From Verrucomicrobiota bacterium (GTDB taxonomy: Bacteria; Verrucomicrobiota; Verrucomicrobiia; Chthoniobacterales; UBA6821): a stretch of 21,289 nt of DNA. This document shows positions 1 to 9,605 of this stretch, one piece after another. Position 1 is the first letter of the stretch, and each line of letters begins with the position of its first letter. Position numbers and translations under genes: made by a program. The stretch covers positions 1 through 21,289 of the forward strand of contig WBXG01000030.1 of assembly GCA_008932965.1 (NCBI GenBank). Reading direction: 5' to 3'. A model generated the notes under the pieces. It made no database searches and had not been told where the DNA came from. It saw only the letters and a list, made by a program, of their open reading frames with translations.

Positions 1-15
1 CTCCCATTTTGATTT

Positions 16-310
16 GGGCAGTATGTACACATACAGCCCTGCATCAAAATGCTCGCCTGCCTTACCCCATCAGCCTTCGCGGCCTCCTCGTCACGATCAG
101 TATGAAATATCCGGGCTAGCCCGGATATTTCATGCCAACTCAGTAGCCATGGAGCTTTACATATGCCGTAATAGATTGAGTGTGAATATTAGGAGGCAGC
201 CCTGAAAGGGCGAGACGAGCTGGAGCAAGTCGAGCAAGATGATGATCTTCGAGGATCGATGGATGCATACACACTACCCATGGAGGACTTCAAGCTGCCA
301 CATAGTAGCC
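16..310. repeat. GC-enriched non-coding repeat block (module A 16-38, unit B 68-120, palindrome 102-133, module C-D 208-310), a diverged copy of the block at 21041-21286
   Basis: Hand alignment. 208-310 aligns in direct orientation with 21182-21286: the first 13 nt (GGGCGAGACGAGC) are identical and both copies have the same 50-nt offset to the second submodule (258 and 21232). 68-120 aligns with the reverse complement of 21101-21153; both are 53 nt and roughly three quarters identical. 16-38 aligns with the reverse complement of 21235-21256. Hand-counted GC is about 50% here against 42% in one interior line. Confidence 0.65.
102..133. repeat. Perfect 32-nt palindrome ATGAAATATCCGGGCTAGCCCGGATATTTCAT
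   Basis: Read directly: the sequence equals its own reverse complement. It is formed by two head-to-head half-sites of the GYTAGCCCnnnTnTTTCAT motif that also occurs at 21041-21059 and 21101-21119. Confidence 0.95.
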
Positions 311-367
311 CTCTTGGCTTCCCGGTCTCCATAGTAAATTAGTAGGAACTATTCGGGCTTGAGATTC

Positions 368-547
368 TTATTTTGGCCACTGCGGAGGGTTGTTAGAGTT
401 GGATGCATCATCTCCTGTCATTTTTTTTTCAACAAAATTGGCAGAACCACTGATATCCTCTCCAACACCACGAATCGTATTACAACCGAGGAAGGTCATG
501 GAAAGTCCTAAGAACAGAGTGAGTGCAATGAGTGGAGGTGTTTTCAT
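368..547 (-). CDS. Entericidin EcnA/EcnB-family small lipoprotein (59 aa)
   Basis: The internal ATG at 547 of ORF 368..685 gives MKTPPLIALTLFLGLSMTFLGCNTIRGVGEDISGSANFVEKK... This has a signal peptide, a lipobox (FLGC) and a GCNT-x-RG-x-G-x-DI core typical of entericidins. The upstream part of the ORF is AT-rich and looks non-coding. Confidence 0.7.
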   Translation of the reverse strand: MKTPPLIALTLFLGLSMTFLGCNTIRGVGEDISGSANFVEKKMTGDDASNSNNPPQWPK

Positions 548-605
548 AGTAAGGTGATTTGGAAAGAAGATTCTATTTTTTATAAATAGTTCAAGTTGAT
601 GATTC

Positions 606-1652
606 TTAATGATGATTCTTTTCTTCACAACACTTTTTTTGTTGTTGTTCAAGAAGTAGATCAAATTGATCAAAACAATTGGCATAGAAAGGATAGCAGT
701 TTCTTTTCTCAGAAGAGGGACGATAGCGCCAATGTTTATAGGACCAAAGCCAATATTCTGGATGACGTCGAATACCTGACTCTAAAACATCCCAGTAAGC
801 TTGAGTTAACGATTCGACACTACTATTGCTTGTCATCGGTACAGGTGAATGAAATCGAATAGTATAGCCACCTTCTGGCCGTATGAGGCATTCTACAGGA
901 ACTAGGAGGGCACCTGTGCGCAGTGCAAGCTCTGCAGGCAAACGGGTAAGTGGTACTAAAAGTCGATTAAAAGCACGTACAATCACAGGGCCTTCATCTG
1001 GTTTTAAATTAAGATCTACTAGAATACCAAACTTACCCTTTGTTTTAAGATAACGGAATAATTTTAACATCGCCTGCTCTTGAGGCAGCACCTCTTGTCC
1101 TAGACTCGATCTCCAATCATTAAAGAGTTTCCCGAGTAGTGGATTTTTGAATTTTTGAGCAATCACAGGAAATCTTTCCGTGTGCCTAGCTGCAATCTGT
1201 CCCGTCCATTCGAAATTAGCAGCATGCAAACAACAATAAATCACAGCAACTCCCGATTGCTCTGGAGAGCTGATAGGATCTACCACTTCGATTGTGGCGA
1301 TTTCATCCATAATCTCAGGAGATAAACGAGGAGACCAAAGTAGCTCTAAAATGCTGGCTGCAAAAACCTTATATGATTTTTGAGCAATATGAAGGCATGC
1401 TTTTGCATCATACTCATCTCCAAAAGCTGATTTGATATTAGCTAGGGCTACCTGACGACGGTGACGATCTAACAAAAAGAAGAGACCTCCCATTGCTCTA
1501 CCAATAGGTCTCAACCACCTCCACGGTAAACACTGAATTATCCAAGCTCCAAAACAGAGTGCATAATATTCGAGATGGTATCGGTAAGGTTTCAAGTGAC
1601 TCACAAAAGAGAAGGGGTGCCTGTTATTGAGTAGGATCTGTAGCTTTCTCAT
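606..1652 (-). CDS. lpxL: Lipid A biosynthesis (Kdo)2-lipid IVA acyltransferase, LpxL/HtrB/MsbB family
   Basis: N-terminal membrane anchor. The HAANFEW motif matches the family H-x4-E/D catalytic motif (HLGNWE type). The C-terminal YKHWRYR matches the usual family ending. I prefer the ATG at 1652 (MRKLQILL...); a TTG at 1691 is the alternative. Confidence 0.8.
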   Translation of the reverse strand: MRKLQILLNNRHPFSFVSHLKPYRYHLEYYALCFGAWIIQCLPWRWLRPIGRAMGGLFFLLDRHRRQVALANIKSAFGDEYDAKACLHIAQKSYKVFAASILELLWSPRLSPEIMDEIATIEVVDPISSPEQSGVAVIYCCLHAANFEWTGQIAARHTERFPVIAQKFKNPLLGKLFNDWRSSLGQEVLPQEQAMLKLFRYLKTKGKFGILVDLNLKPDEGPVIVRAFNRLLVPLTRLPAELALRTGALLVPVECLIRPEGGYTIRFHSPVPMTSNSSVESLTQAYWDVLESGIRRHPEYWLWSYKHWRYRPSSEKRNCYPFYANCFDQFDLLLEQQQKKCCEEKNHH

Positions 1653-1782
1653 CTCGGTATCGCTATCACATCGACAGGAGGGGCTGCGCAACGATCATCA
1701 AAACAACATGAATAGAAATAGGACGTAAAGAGTTGTTCTAAAAAAGGTGATTGGGTTTGGAACTATTGAGGTTAGGAATCAA

Positions 1783-3354
1783 TTATTTTGGGGAGATGGT
1801 GGCATCGGTTGATAACTCTTCTAGGAGGCGTGGAAAAACAGGAGTCGCCCTCCCAGCAAAATATTTTTCAGGAAGCTCAGGAATGATGATTTCATCTCGT
1901 AGCACGAGCGGCTCAAGAGCCAGTTGGCTCAAGATTTTTGCTCCAGCATCTGGAGTAATTGGAAGAATGAGTGTCGCAGCAATACGAATTGATTGTAGAA
2001 GGGTCATTAAAACAGCTGACAGACGGCTCTCTTGATCCGGTTCTTTAGCTAATTTCCATGGGGCTGTTGTGTCAATAAACACGTTAGTTCGTGTGACAAT
2101 TTCCACCATTGTTTCGAGCCCAGCATGAACGAGTGAGGAGTCCATTTCTTTACAATAGCGATGCACTAAGTTGAGATGCTCTTCAAGGAGAGTGGTGCAT
2201 TCCTCGGTGAGCGAAACGCGAAGGAGCCCTTCTGGTCGATAGCGACTCACCATTCCTAAACTTCGATTGAGAAGATTGCCAAGTCCATTGCTTAGTTCGG
2301 CATGATAGCGACTTAAAAGACGTTCTTCACTAAAATCAGCATCGCGCCCCATCACCACATCACGCATCAAATAATAGCGAAGTGCAGCAAGGCCAAATCG
2401 CTGAATTGCTTGATGAACATCAAAAACATTACCAGTACTCTTACTGATTTTTTCTCCGTTTAGTGTCCAAAAACCGTGCACTAGCAAATGGGGCATCTGA
2501 TCATCTGAAAAGCCCATAGCATGGAGCATACAAGGCCAATAGATACCATGGGCTGGAATAAGAATATCTTTACCAATCAAGTGAGCATCACAAGGCCAGA
2601 GCGTTGAAAAATGATTTTTGCTCTCCTCCTGGAGGTACCCAGCAAAACTGATGTAATTGATTAAGGCATCAAACCAAACATAGACCACAAATTCTGGATC
2701 AAAAGGAAGTTCAATCCCCCACGAGAGGCGGCTTTTAGGGCGTGAAATACAGAGGTCTCCATTCATTTTTAATACCGCATTCTTGAGTTCGGATTGACGA
2801 AATGAGGGGGTGACAAAATTGGGAGTTTTCTCCAAAAAAGAGAGTAACCACGAATGGCATTTTGAAAGACGAAAATACCAGTTTTCTTCTTCTAAAAAAA
2901 CGACTTCTCCCCACTGATCTCCAAATGCACCATCCACCCCTCGTTCTTTGTCAGTTAAGAACTGCTCTTGTCGAACGCTGTAGTAACCTTGGTAAGAAGC
3001 TTTATAAAGCCATCCTTTCTCCAAAAGATGGGATAATATTTTTTGAACAACACTCTTGTGAATAGGATCTGTTGTGGAAGCCCAGGCATCGTAAGAAATC
3101 CCGAGTTCTTTCCAAAGATTAAGGAACTCTTGAGAGAGGGCATTGGTAAAGGCCTGTGGTGAGATTCCTTGCTTTTCGGCTGCCTGCTGAACTTTTTGTC
3201 CATGCTGATCAACACCAGTGAGGAAAAAAACTTCTCTGTCCCGTAACCTTTGATAGCGAGCTAACACATCGGCTAATATTTTTTCATAAGTATGACCAAT
3301 ATGAGGAACGGCATTGGTATAGTCGATGGCCGTAGAGATAAAATAGGGTTTCAT
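1783..3354 (-). CDS. metG: Methionine--tRNA ligase (short form, no C-terminal tRNA-binding appendix)
   Basis: HIGH motif (VPHIGHTYE), KMSKS variant (GEKISKSTGN), VWFDALINY and overall class I MetRS similarity. 523 aa. Confidence 0.95.
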   Translation of the reverse strand: MKPYFISTAIDYTNAVPHIGHTYEKILADVLARYQRLRDREVFFLTGVDQHGQKVQQAAEKQGISPQAFTNALSQEFLNLWKELGISYDAWASTTDPIHKSVVQKILSHLLEKGWLYKASYQGYYSVRQEQFLTDKERGVDGAFGDQWGEVVFLEEENWYFRLSKCHSWLLSFLEKTPNFVTPSFRQSELKNAVLKMNGDLCISRPKSRLSWGIELPFDPEFVVYVWFDALINYISFAGYLQEESKNHFSTLWPCDAHLIGKDILIPAHGIYWPCMLHAMGFSDDQMPHLLVHGFWTLNGEKISKSTGNVFDVHQAIQRFGLAALRYYLMRDVVMGRDADFSEERLLSRYHAELSNGLGNLLNRSLGMVSRYRPEGLLRVSLTEECTTLLEEHLNLVHRYCKEMDSSLVHAGLETMVEIVTRTNVFIDTTAPWKLAKEPDQESRLSAVLMTLLQSIRIAATLILPITPDAGAKILSQLALEPLVLRDEIIIPELPEKYFAGRATPVFPRLLEELSTDATISPK

Positions 3355-3587
3355 AGGGAGTGATTCAAATAATCTTAAAAATGTGAATGCAAATGGGAAG
3401 AGTTGCGTAAGGATTGTGAAGTCGAGGGTATGATCACATAACAGCCGAGTTACTATTCAAGCCCCAAGCAGCATCTATTTGGCTTCCCTGCTTCCGCAGG
3501 TGATCGGTATAAAATATTTGGGGGTATAGACGATAGATGCAGGCAGAGTGAAAATGAAATTCAGGGGGAGTACAATTTGCATGAAGG

Positions 3588-6320
3588 CTAATTAATACCA
3601 TACCGCTTGAGACACCACACATTCACTTTATGTGTGATGGTGGCATAGCAAAGAACAAATCCTATAATCCAAGCCCAGTAAATGGCTGGAAGAGGTACCA
3701 TCTCAAAGTAGGCTCCCATTGGAGTGTAAGGAAGTACTCCTCCTATCACCATAATTAGAAAGCTCATCAGTAGAAGAAATGGGCTCGCAATGCTTTGTAT
3801 AAAAGGAATTTTAGCAGTCCGAATAATATGCACGATTAATGTTTGTGTTATGATTGATTCTACAAACCATCCTGTGTGAAAAAGTTTTTCGTAATATGAC
3901 TTCATTTCGGGAGTTGTACCGACACTACTAAAAAGGTGGCAATGGAAGATATAAAGCATCAAGAAAAAAGTGGCGTAGTCAAAAACAGAACTCAATGGCC
4001 CAATAAAAACCATATACCGCCTAATGTTACCGATATTCCATTTACGAGGTTGTAACAAATATTCAGCATCGACATGGTCGGAGGGAATACCAATTTGTGA
4101 GGTATCATAAAGTAAATTGTTGATCAGAACTTGAATTGGAGCCATCGGAAGAAACGGAAGAAAACAAGCACTTCCAACCATACTAAACATATTGCCAAAA
4201 TTAGAACTTGCCCCCATTCGAATATATTTCAAAATATTTCCAAAAACCTTGCGTCCCTCTAAAATACCGTCTTCTAGGACCATGAGGCTTTTCTCAAGCA
4301 GGATGATGTCTGCTGATTCTTTGGCGACATCCACAGCAGTATCCACTGAAATACCAACATCTGCTACACGCATTGAAAGGGCATCATTAATACCATCACC
4401 CATATAGCCTACAACATGACCTTTTTTTTGAAGAGCAAGGATGATTTGTTCTTTTTGGGATGGAGTGAGACGAGCGAAGACATTATTTTTTTCAGCAAGT
4501 GTTCCTAATTCTTCTTCACTTAAGGATAAAATCTGATCCCCTGTAATGACTTCATCTACCTCAAGCCCTACATCTTTACATATTTTGCGTGTCACAATCG
4601 CATTATCACCTGTGAGAATCTTAGTGGAAACTCCATAGGATTTGAGTGAAGCAATAGCCTTGTAGGCAGATTCTTTCGGAGGGTCAAGGAAGGCAATATA
4701 TCCTAGCAGCGTCAATTCACTTTCATCAGATATAGAAAAGGTTGTTTTATTTTGAGGGAAATCACGGTAGGCAATCCCAAGAACACGGTATCCATCACGA
4801 CTCAATTTTTCATACTCTTCAAGCAGATCATTTTTAATGAGGTCGATCATCATGTAGATTTCATCGTCCACCTGATAATGAGTGCAAACCTTATAGATAT
4901 CTTCCACGGATCCTTTGCACACCAAGACGTGATCCCCCTCATAATCGACCACTACAGACATGCGTTTGCGTTGGAAATCAAAAGGAATCTCATCAACTTT
5001 CTTACAATCACGATCCACATCCAAATCTGTATGCGAGAGCACTGAGGCATCCAGTAAGTTACGCATTCCTGTCTGATAATAACTATTCATGTAGGCATAG
5101 CGAAGAACATCATCACTATCTCGATTGGTCACATCGACACTTTTTTCAAGAATCACACGATCTTGAGTGAGCGTCCCAGTTTTATCGGTACAAAGAATAT
5201 CAATAGCTCCAAAGTTTTGGATGGCATTAAGGCGCTTAACGATAACCTTCTTTTTGGACATAGCCATAGCCCCTTTGGCAAGATTGACGGTGACGATCAT
5301 TGGAAGCATCTCTGGAGTCAGTCCCACAGCGACGGAGAGACCGAAGAGTAATGCTTCTGCCCAATTATGATTTCTTACTCCAATAATAAGAAAAACAACA
5401 CTTACCATTACGATCATAAAACGGATCATTAACCAGGTAAAACCAGCGATACCCCGCTCAAAACTTGTGAGTACAGCAGAGCTTGTAAGCTTTTGTGTGA
5501 TTGCTCCAAAATATGTTTCAACACCGGTATTAATCACAACTGCTTTGGCACTGCCACTAATTACATTACTACCTTGAAAAACAGCATTCGAGAGTTCTAG
5601 GGCTGATCGCTGAACTCCATTCTTGGGGCTTGCCCAGTGAACTGTTTTTTCAACAGGCATCGATTCACCTGTGAGCGTGGATTGGCTTACAAAGAAATCT
5701 TTAGCACTCATGAGACGCATATCTGCAGCAATCAGCGAACCAGCCTGAAGAGAAACAACATCCCCAGGAACAATTTCAGCCATTGGAATCTCTACCTCTT
5801 TTCCATTACGCAATAAATGGCAGTTTGTTTGCACCATAGCTCGCAACTTCTCCACAGCCTTGCTTGTTCGATGTTCTTGAAAATAAGCGAAGCCAATACT
5901 CAAGATGACCATAAACCCGACAACAGTTGCCGACGTCGGATCCCCCATTAAAATGGAGATAACACAAATAACCAGAAGCTGAATTACTAATGGGTTTTTA
6001 CAGCGCGTGAGTATTTCATGGAAAAAACTCTCTTCCTCTTTTTTGCCGACATCATTAGGACCATGCTGGGATAGGATTTTTTCGGCTTCTTCACTAGTAA
6101 GCCCCTGCTCGGAGGATTGTAGTGACTGGAGGGCCTCTTCTACAGATATGGAGCAGAGGTTAATAAATTTTTTTTCATATTCAGAGGGAGCTACAGCGGT
6201 CGCAGTTACCTTGAGAAAGGAAATCGAAGGGAAAAATTTATGAAACAAAGATGGAATACTCACGACGTTGGTGTTTATTGGACTTTCGTATTTTAGGTCT
6301 TTGGCAAGAGTTACAAACAA
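3588..6320 (-). CDS. mgtA: Magnesium-translocating P-type ATPase (MgtA/MgtB type)
   Basis: Motifs TGES (LTGESMPVEK), CTDKTGTLTQ (phosphorylation site), LTGDN, MGDGINDA and the MgtA-typical LTPEMLPMIVTVNLAKGA. The 910-aa length is comparable to E. coli MgtA. There is no in-frame ATG near the N-terminus: the track start at 6320 is TTG, and GTG or TTG codons about 20-25 codons downstream are alternatives. Confidence 0.9.
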   Translation of the reverse strand: MFVTLAKDLKYESPINTNVVSIPSLFHKFFPSISFLKVTATAVAPSEYEKKFINLCSISVEEALQSLQSSEQGLTSEEAEKILSQHGPNDVGKKEEESFFHEILTRCKNPLVIQLLVICVISILMGDPTSATVVGFMVILSIGFAYFQEHRTSKAVEKLRAMVQTNCHLLRNGKEVEIPMAEIVPGDVVSLQAGSLIAADMRLMSAKDFFVSQSTLTGESMPVEKTVHWASPKNGVQRSALELSNAVFQGSNVISGSAKAVVINTGVETYFGAITQKLTSSAVLTSFERGIAGFTWLMIRFMIVMVSVVFLIIGVRNHNWAEALLFGLSVAVGLTPEMLPMIVTVNLAKGAMAMSKKKVIVKRLNAIQNFGAIDILCTDKTGTLTQDRVILEKSVDVTNRDSDDVLRYAYMNSYYQTGMRNLLDASVLSHTDLDVDRDCKKVDEIPFDFQRKRMSVVVDYEGDHVLVCKGSVEDIYKVCTHYQVDDEIYMMIDLIKNDLLEEYEKLSRDGYRVLGIAYRDFPQNKTTFSISDESELTLLGYIAFLDPPKESAYKAIASLKSYGVSTKILTGDNAIVTRKICKDVGLEVDEVITGDQILSLSEEELGTLAEKNNVFARLTPSQKEQIILALQKKGHVVGYMGDGINDALSMRVADVGISVDTAVDVAKESADIILLEKSLMVLEDGILEGRKVFGNILKYIRMGASSNFGNMFSMVGSACFLPFLPMAPIQVLINNLLYDTSQIGIPSDHVDAEYLLQPRKWNIGNIRRYMVFIGPLSSVFDYATFFLMLYIFHCHLFSSVGTTPEMKSYYEKLFHTGWFVESIITQTLIVHIIRTAKIPFIQSIASPFLLLMSFLIMVIGGVLPYTPMGAYFEMVPLPAIYWAWIIGFVLCYATITHKVNVWCLKRYGIN

Positions 6321-6374
6321 TCTCTTTCCTAAGAGAAATTACGAATTCCAACACTCTTAGCTGAGGGGAATGCA

Positions 6375-7814
6375 CTATTGGAGCGACATTAATATGGGAG
6401 TCGGATAAATCCCTAGGATCAGAATCACAGCAATCAATAGTGAAATGAGTACTGTTGTTAACTTAGAAAGGGTAATAGGAGCGCTACCTTGGCTTGGTTG
6501 CTTCCAATACATGACTTTAATGACTTTGAGATAGTAATAAATCCCAGCGACGACAGAGATCGTACCGACTCCAAGCAATCCATAATGACCTTGTTGAAAG
6601 GTCACTTGAAAAATGAAAAATTTGCCAAAGAATCCTGCAGATAATGGAAGTCCAGCTAATGAAATCATCGCCACCGTCATTGCAGCTGCAAGGAGCGGAG
6701 AACGCTCATGCAGACCTTGAAAACAATAGATCTCATTTCCCCCTGAAGTTTCAGTCACAATCAGGAGCACAATAAAAGCCAGTGAAGTCATTGCTAAATA
6801 AGCAACGAGATAAAATCCGATAGCAGGGAGAGCTAAAGCAGCACCTATACTAGCTACAGCCATTAAAACATAACCGGTATGAGCAATACTGGAGTAGGCA
6901 AGGAGACGCTTCATGTTTGTTTGAGCCATTGCAGCGAGATTCCCAAAGAGGAGTGTCATCATGGCTAATAGGGTAGTGACAGCAAAAACTTTCTTTCCAA
7001 GCGTTGGAATAAGATAGAGTTGTTCTAAAAAACGAAGTAGTAAAACGAACCCAGCCGCTTTGGAAGCAATAGAAAGAAAGGCTGTGATTGGTGTGGGAGC
7101 TCCCTGATACACATCAGGAAGCCAAAATTGAAAGGGAAATGCAGCAATTTTAAAACAAAAAGCAACCAAGACAAGTCCTACCCCAAAAAGAAGAGGTGTT
7201 AATGATTGGGGAGGAAGGAGAGCGATGCTATCAGCAAGATGTTCAATACTGGTAGTCCCGGTTATTCCAAAAATCCAAGTAATTCCATAAACGAGAAACC
7301 CGGTTGTGAGAGCACTTAAAATAAGATATTTTGTACCCGCTTCCAAGGTTTTGGGATCTTTTCGCAGATAAGAAATAGAAATATAGAGCACCACTGTCAT
7401 ACATTCTAGTGATACAAAAAGCATGATGAAACTAATCGCAGAGACAAGCCACATTAAGCTGGCGCATGCAAAAATTGGGAGGATAAAAAATTCACCAACA
7501 CCTGCTCCAGGACGCTCTCCGGGAATGCCTCGTTGAATTACTGGAATAAAATCCAATGACATCCACAAAGTAATGATCGTCATTACAATCATGAATCGCT
7601 TGAAAAAAAGAGCAAGGGGATCAGTTGTATAAAAGGGGGCGCTTTCTATAGAGAGTGAATGCAGTGGCATCCATGTTAAGAAAAGCACAAAAAACAGACC
7701 TGCAATACCTGCCAATGCGATTTTTTTCTTATCGAGATCTGGGAGGAAGGCCTCAACCATCAACAAAATAATACCAAGTAAAACTACAGTGTATTCGAGA
7801 AATAATGGGTTCAT
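6375..7814 (-). CDS. nuoN: NADH-quinone oxidoreductase subunit N
   Basis: Polytopic antiporter-like subunit. FPFQFWLPDVYQGAPTPITAFLSIASKAAGF matches the NuoN/ND2 signature. It is the last gene of the nuoH-N order. Confidence 0.9.
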   Translation of the reverse strand: MNPLFLEYTVVLLGIILLMVEAFLPDLDKKKIALAGIAGLFFVLFLTWMPLHSLSIESAPFYTTDPLALFFKRFMIVMTIITLWMSLDFIPVIQRGIPGERPGAGVGEFFILPIFACASLMWLVSAISFIMLFVSLECMTVVLYISISYLRKDPKTLEAGTKYLILSALTTGFLVYGITWIFGITGTTSIEHLADSIALLPPQSLTPLLFGVGLVLVAFCFKIAAFPFQFWLPDVYQGAPTPITAFLSIASKAAGFVLLLRFLEQLYLIPTLGKKVFAVTTLLAMMTLLFGNLAAMAQTNMKRLLAYSSIAHTGYVLMAVASIGAALALPAIGFYLVAYLAMTSLAFIVLLIVTETSGGNEIYCFQGLHERSPLLAAAMTVAMISLAGLPLSAGFFGKFFIFQVTFQQGHYGLLGVGTISVVAGIYYYLKVIKVMYWKQPSQGSAPITLSKLTTVLISLLIAVILILGIYPTPILMSLQ

Positions 7815-8024
7815 GCAGGCAAGTTAAGAAATAAAGGATAATGAGTAAAGAGTGCTAGCAAGGGGTTCGTATCGTATTAGTTTTAAGGAGAGGGCTTCTA
7901 ACATAGAATCTTTATCTAGGTTTTTTGAGAGTGAATGGTACTTCAATAAAAATTATGAAAACTTTTGTAGCTTCAAGGTGCTCTTTTTTATTGTTCACTC
8001 ATCACTCATCTAGTTCCCCAGGAC

Positions 8025-9488
8025 TTAACGAAAAGCAGTGTTTACAAGGTTGAGGATGAGATGTGGAAAAATACCGGTGATTAATAGGACAACAAGGAGC
8101 ATTGTTATAGGTGCAAATTCATAAAAAGAAAGATCCTTAGTGTTTATCCATCCCTCCGCTTTTATTAATGGACCGAAGAAAACAGCTCGATAGGCTCTCA
8201 ACATATAAATTGCTGAAATGACTACTCCCCAAAGAGCAGCAATAATCGCAATCATAAAACTTAGTGACCCCTGATCTATGATTACCGTCGCTGTAGCTCC
8301 AAAAAAGATAAGAATCTCACCAGCAAAATTAGTAAAGCCTGGCAAACCAATCGAGGCCATAGTTCCAAAACCAAAAAGTAAGGATGCCTTTGGAAAAAGT
8401 TGGGCTAATCCTCCTAGCTCATGATAGGAAAGTGTTTCCGTCCTAGAACGAAGTGCTCCACAAAGTGCAAAGAGAGCGGCTATTGAGAGCCCATGCCCGA
8501 ACATGAGTAGGGCAGCCCCGCTCAAGCTAAGTATATTGAAGGCAACAAGACCCAGAAAGATTGTTCCCATATGCATGACGCTGGAATAAGCAATCGTCCA
8601 ATCAAGACGGCGTTGAGCCATAGTAACATATCCAATGTAAAGAATGTTACAAATTAAGAGAAAGAGAAGTAGAGTTGAAAACCTTCCAACTGCTGCGGGA
8701 AAAATAGGAAGTGCTAAACGAATTAATCCATAGAGTCCAAATTTTTTGAGAACACCAGCATGGAGCATTGCTGTTGGTGCTGGAGCACTTGCATACGTAC
8801 TTGGAGCCCATGAATGAAATGGAAAAAGTGAAACCAAGGTTCCAAATCCCACCAGTAAAATTAAATAAATCCAAGAAGCTGGATGACTCATTTCGTTCTG
8901 ACTTAACTCTGCCATCACCCGAAAATCAAAAGAGCGCATGCTGCTTGGAGCTGCAAGGTAGAGAGCAATGATTCCAAGGAGGACAATGAAACTACCTGCC
9001 CCGAGATAAAGGGTAGCTTTCCAGGCGGCTGCTTGTCGATCTCCAGAACCCCAGGTGCCAATCATGATAAAAACAGGAATGAGTGCAATCTCATGAAAAC
9101 CATAAAGGAAAAAGGTATCTAACGAAGAAAAGGCACCCGCAAGTCCTGCTGAAATAAAGAGTAAGCAGCAATAAAAGAGGGAAGGTGAGCGCTCTAGTTT
9201 GGGTGTCACCCAAATTGCAGCAAAAGAGACAAGCGTTGTGAGTAACAACATTGTGAGACTCAATCCATCAGCACCCAAAGTGAAATTCAGTCCCATTTGT
9301 GGAATGAGTCTTGTTTCTTGCAGGTACTGCCATCCACCTATAACCGTGTCGTAATGGAAAAATAATAAGAGGCTCCATATCAGATTGAATCCTGTTGCCA
9401 GAAGTGACGTTACGCGTGCAGGTGCACCAGCTAGGATCAACACAATGGCAACAAGTGGTAGAATAATGAGAAAAAGGAGTGGACTCAT
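8025..9488 (-). CDS. nuoM: NADH-quinone oxidoreductase subunit M
   Basis: Polytopic. FHSWAPSTYASAPAPTAMLHAGVLKKFGLYGLIR matches the NuoM/ND4 signature. Its position between nuoL and nuoN fits. Confidence 0.9.
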   Translation of the reverse strand: MSPLLFLIILPLVAIVLILAGAPARVTSLLATGFNLIWSLLLFFHYDTVIGGWQYLQETRLIPQMGLNFTLGADGLSLTMLLLTTLVSFAAIWVTPKLERSPSLFYCCLLFISAGLAGAFSSLDTFFLYGFHEIALIPVFIMIGTWGSGDRQAAAWKATLYLGAGSFIVLLGIIALYLAAPSSMRSFDFRVMAELSQNEMSHPASWIYLILLVGFGTLVSLFPFHSWAPSTYASAPAPTAMLHAGVLKKFGLYGLIRLALPIFPAAVGRFSTLLLFLLICNILYIGYVTMAQRRLDWTIAYSSVMHMGTIFLGLVAFNILSLSGAALLMFGHGLSIAALFALCGALRSRTETLSYHELGGLAQLFPKASLLFGFGTMASIGLPGFTNFAGEILIFFGATATVIIDQGSLSFMIAIIAALWGVVISAIYMLRAYRAVFFGPLIKAEGWINTKDLSFYEFAPITMLLVVLLITGIFPHLILNLVNTAFR

Positions 9489-9605
9489 GAAGTAAAGGGT
9501 GAAAAGTAAGAAAGTGTTATTCAGAGGCTGGTTCTACGTCTCAATGTTTTTTAAAATAAGTCTTTATGGAATCATGCATAGCAATTTTTATGAGACATTT
9601 TTGAA

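Noticed and set aside
14-205. The 63-aa ORF at the left end, plus a minus-strand frame (188 down to 1) that stays open to the window edge
   Set aside because: The 63-aa ORF lies within the repeat block and has a low-complexity product. The minus-strand frame has no start codon. Copies of the repeat differ by indels that break any common frame, so conservation is at the nucleotide level, not the protein level.
1751-2035. A plus-strand 94-aa ORF directly after a perfect AAGGTGAT box, and similar plus-strand SD-like boxes next to other minus-strand starts
   Set aside because: The ORF is antisense to the well-conserved metG 3' end, with zero spacing between the box and the TTG. The other boxes are followed only by ORFs of 4-46 codons. 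I interpret the boxes as sense-strand pyrimidine motifs of the minus-strand leaders instead.
3355-3587. The 233-nt mgtA-metG spacer, examined for a terminator, T-box or riboswitch and for the 62-aa ORF 3434..3622
   Set aside because: I saw only weak 5-6-bp stems without a U-tract and no recognisable riboswitch core by eye. The ORF overlaps the mgtA stop and has no supporting features. No call is made.
3588-6320. Several 60-100-aa antisense or alternative-frame ORFs inside mgtA, nuoL, nuoM, nuoH, guaB3 and the glycosidase gene (for example 4752..5045 and 16393..16875)
   Set aside because: All are nested in strongly supported genes and have no motifs. This is typical of spurious ORFs in long coding regions.
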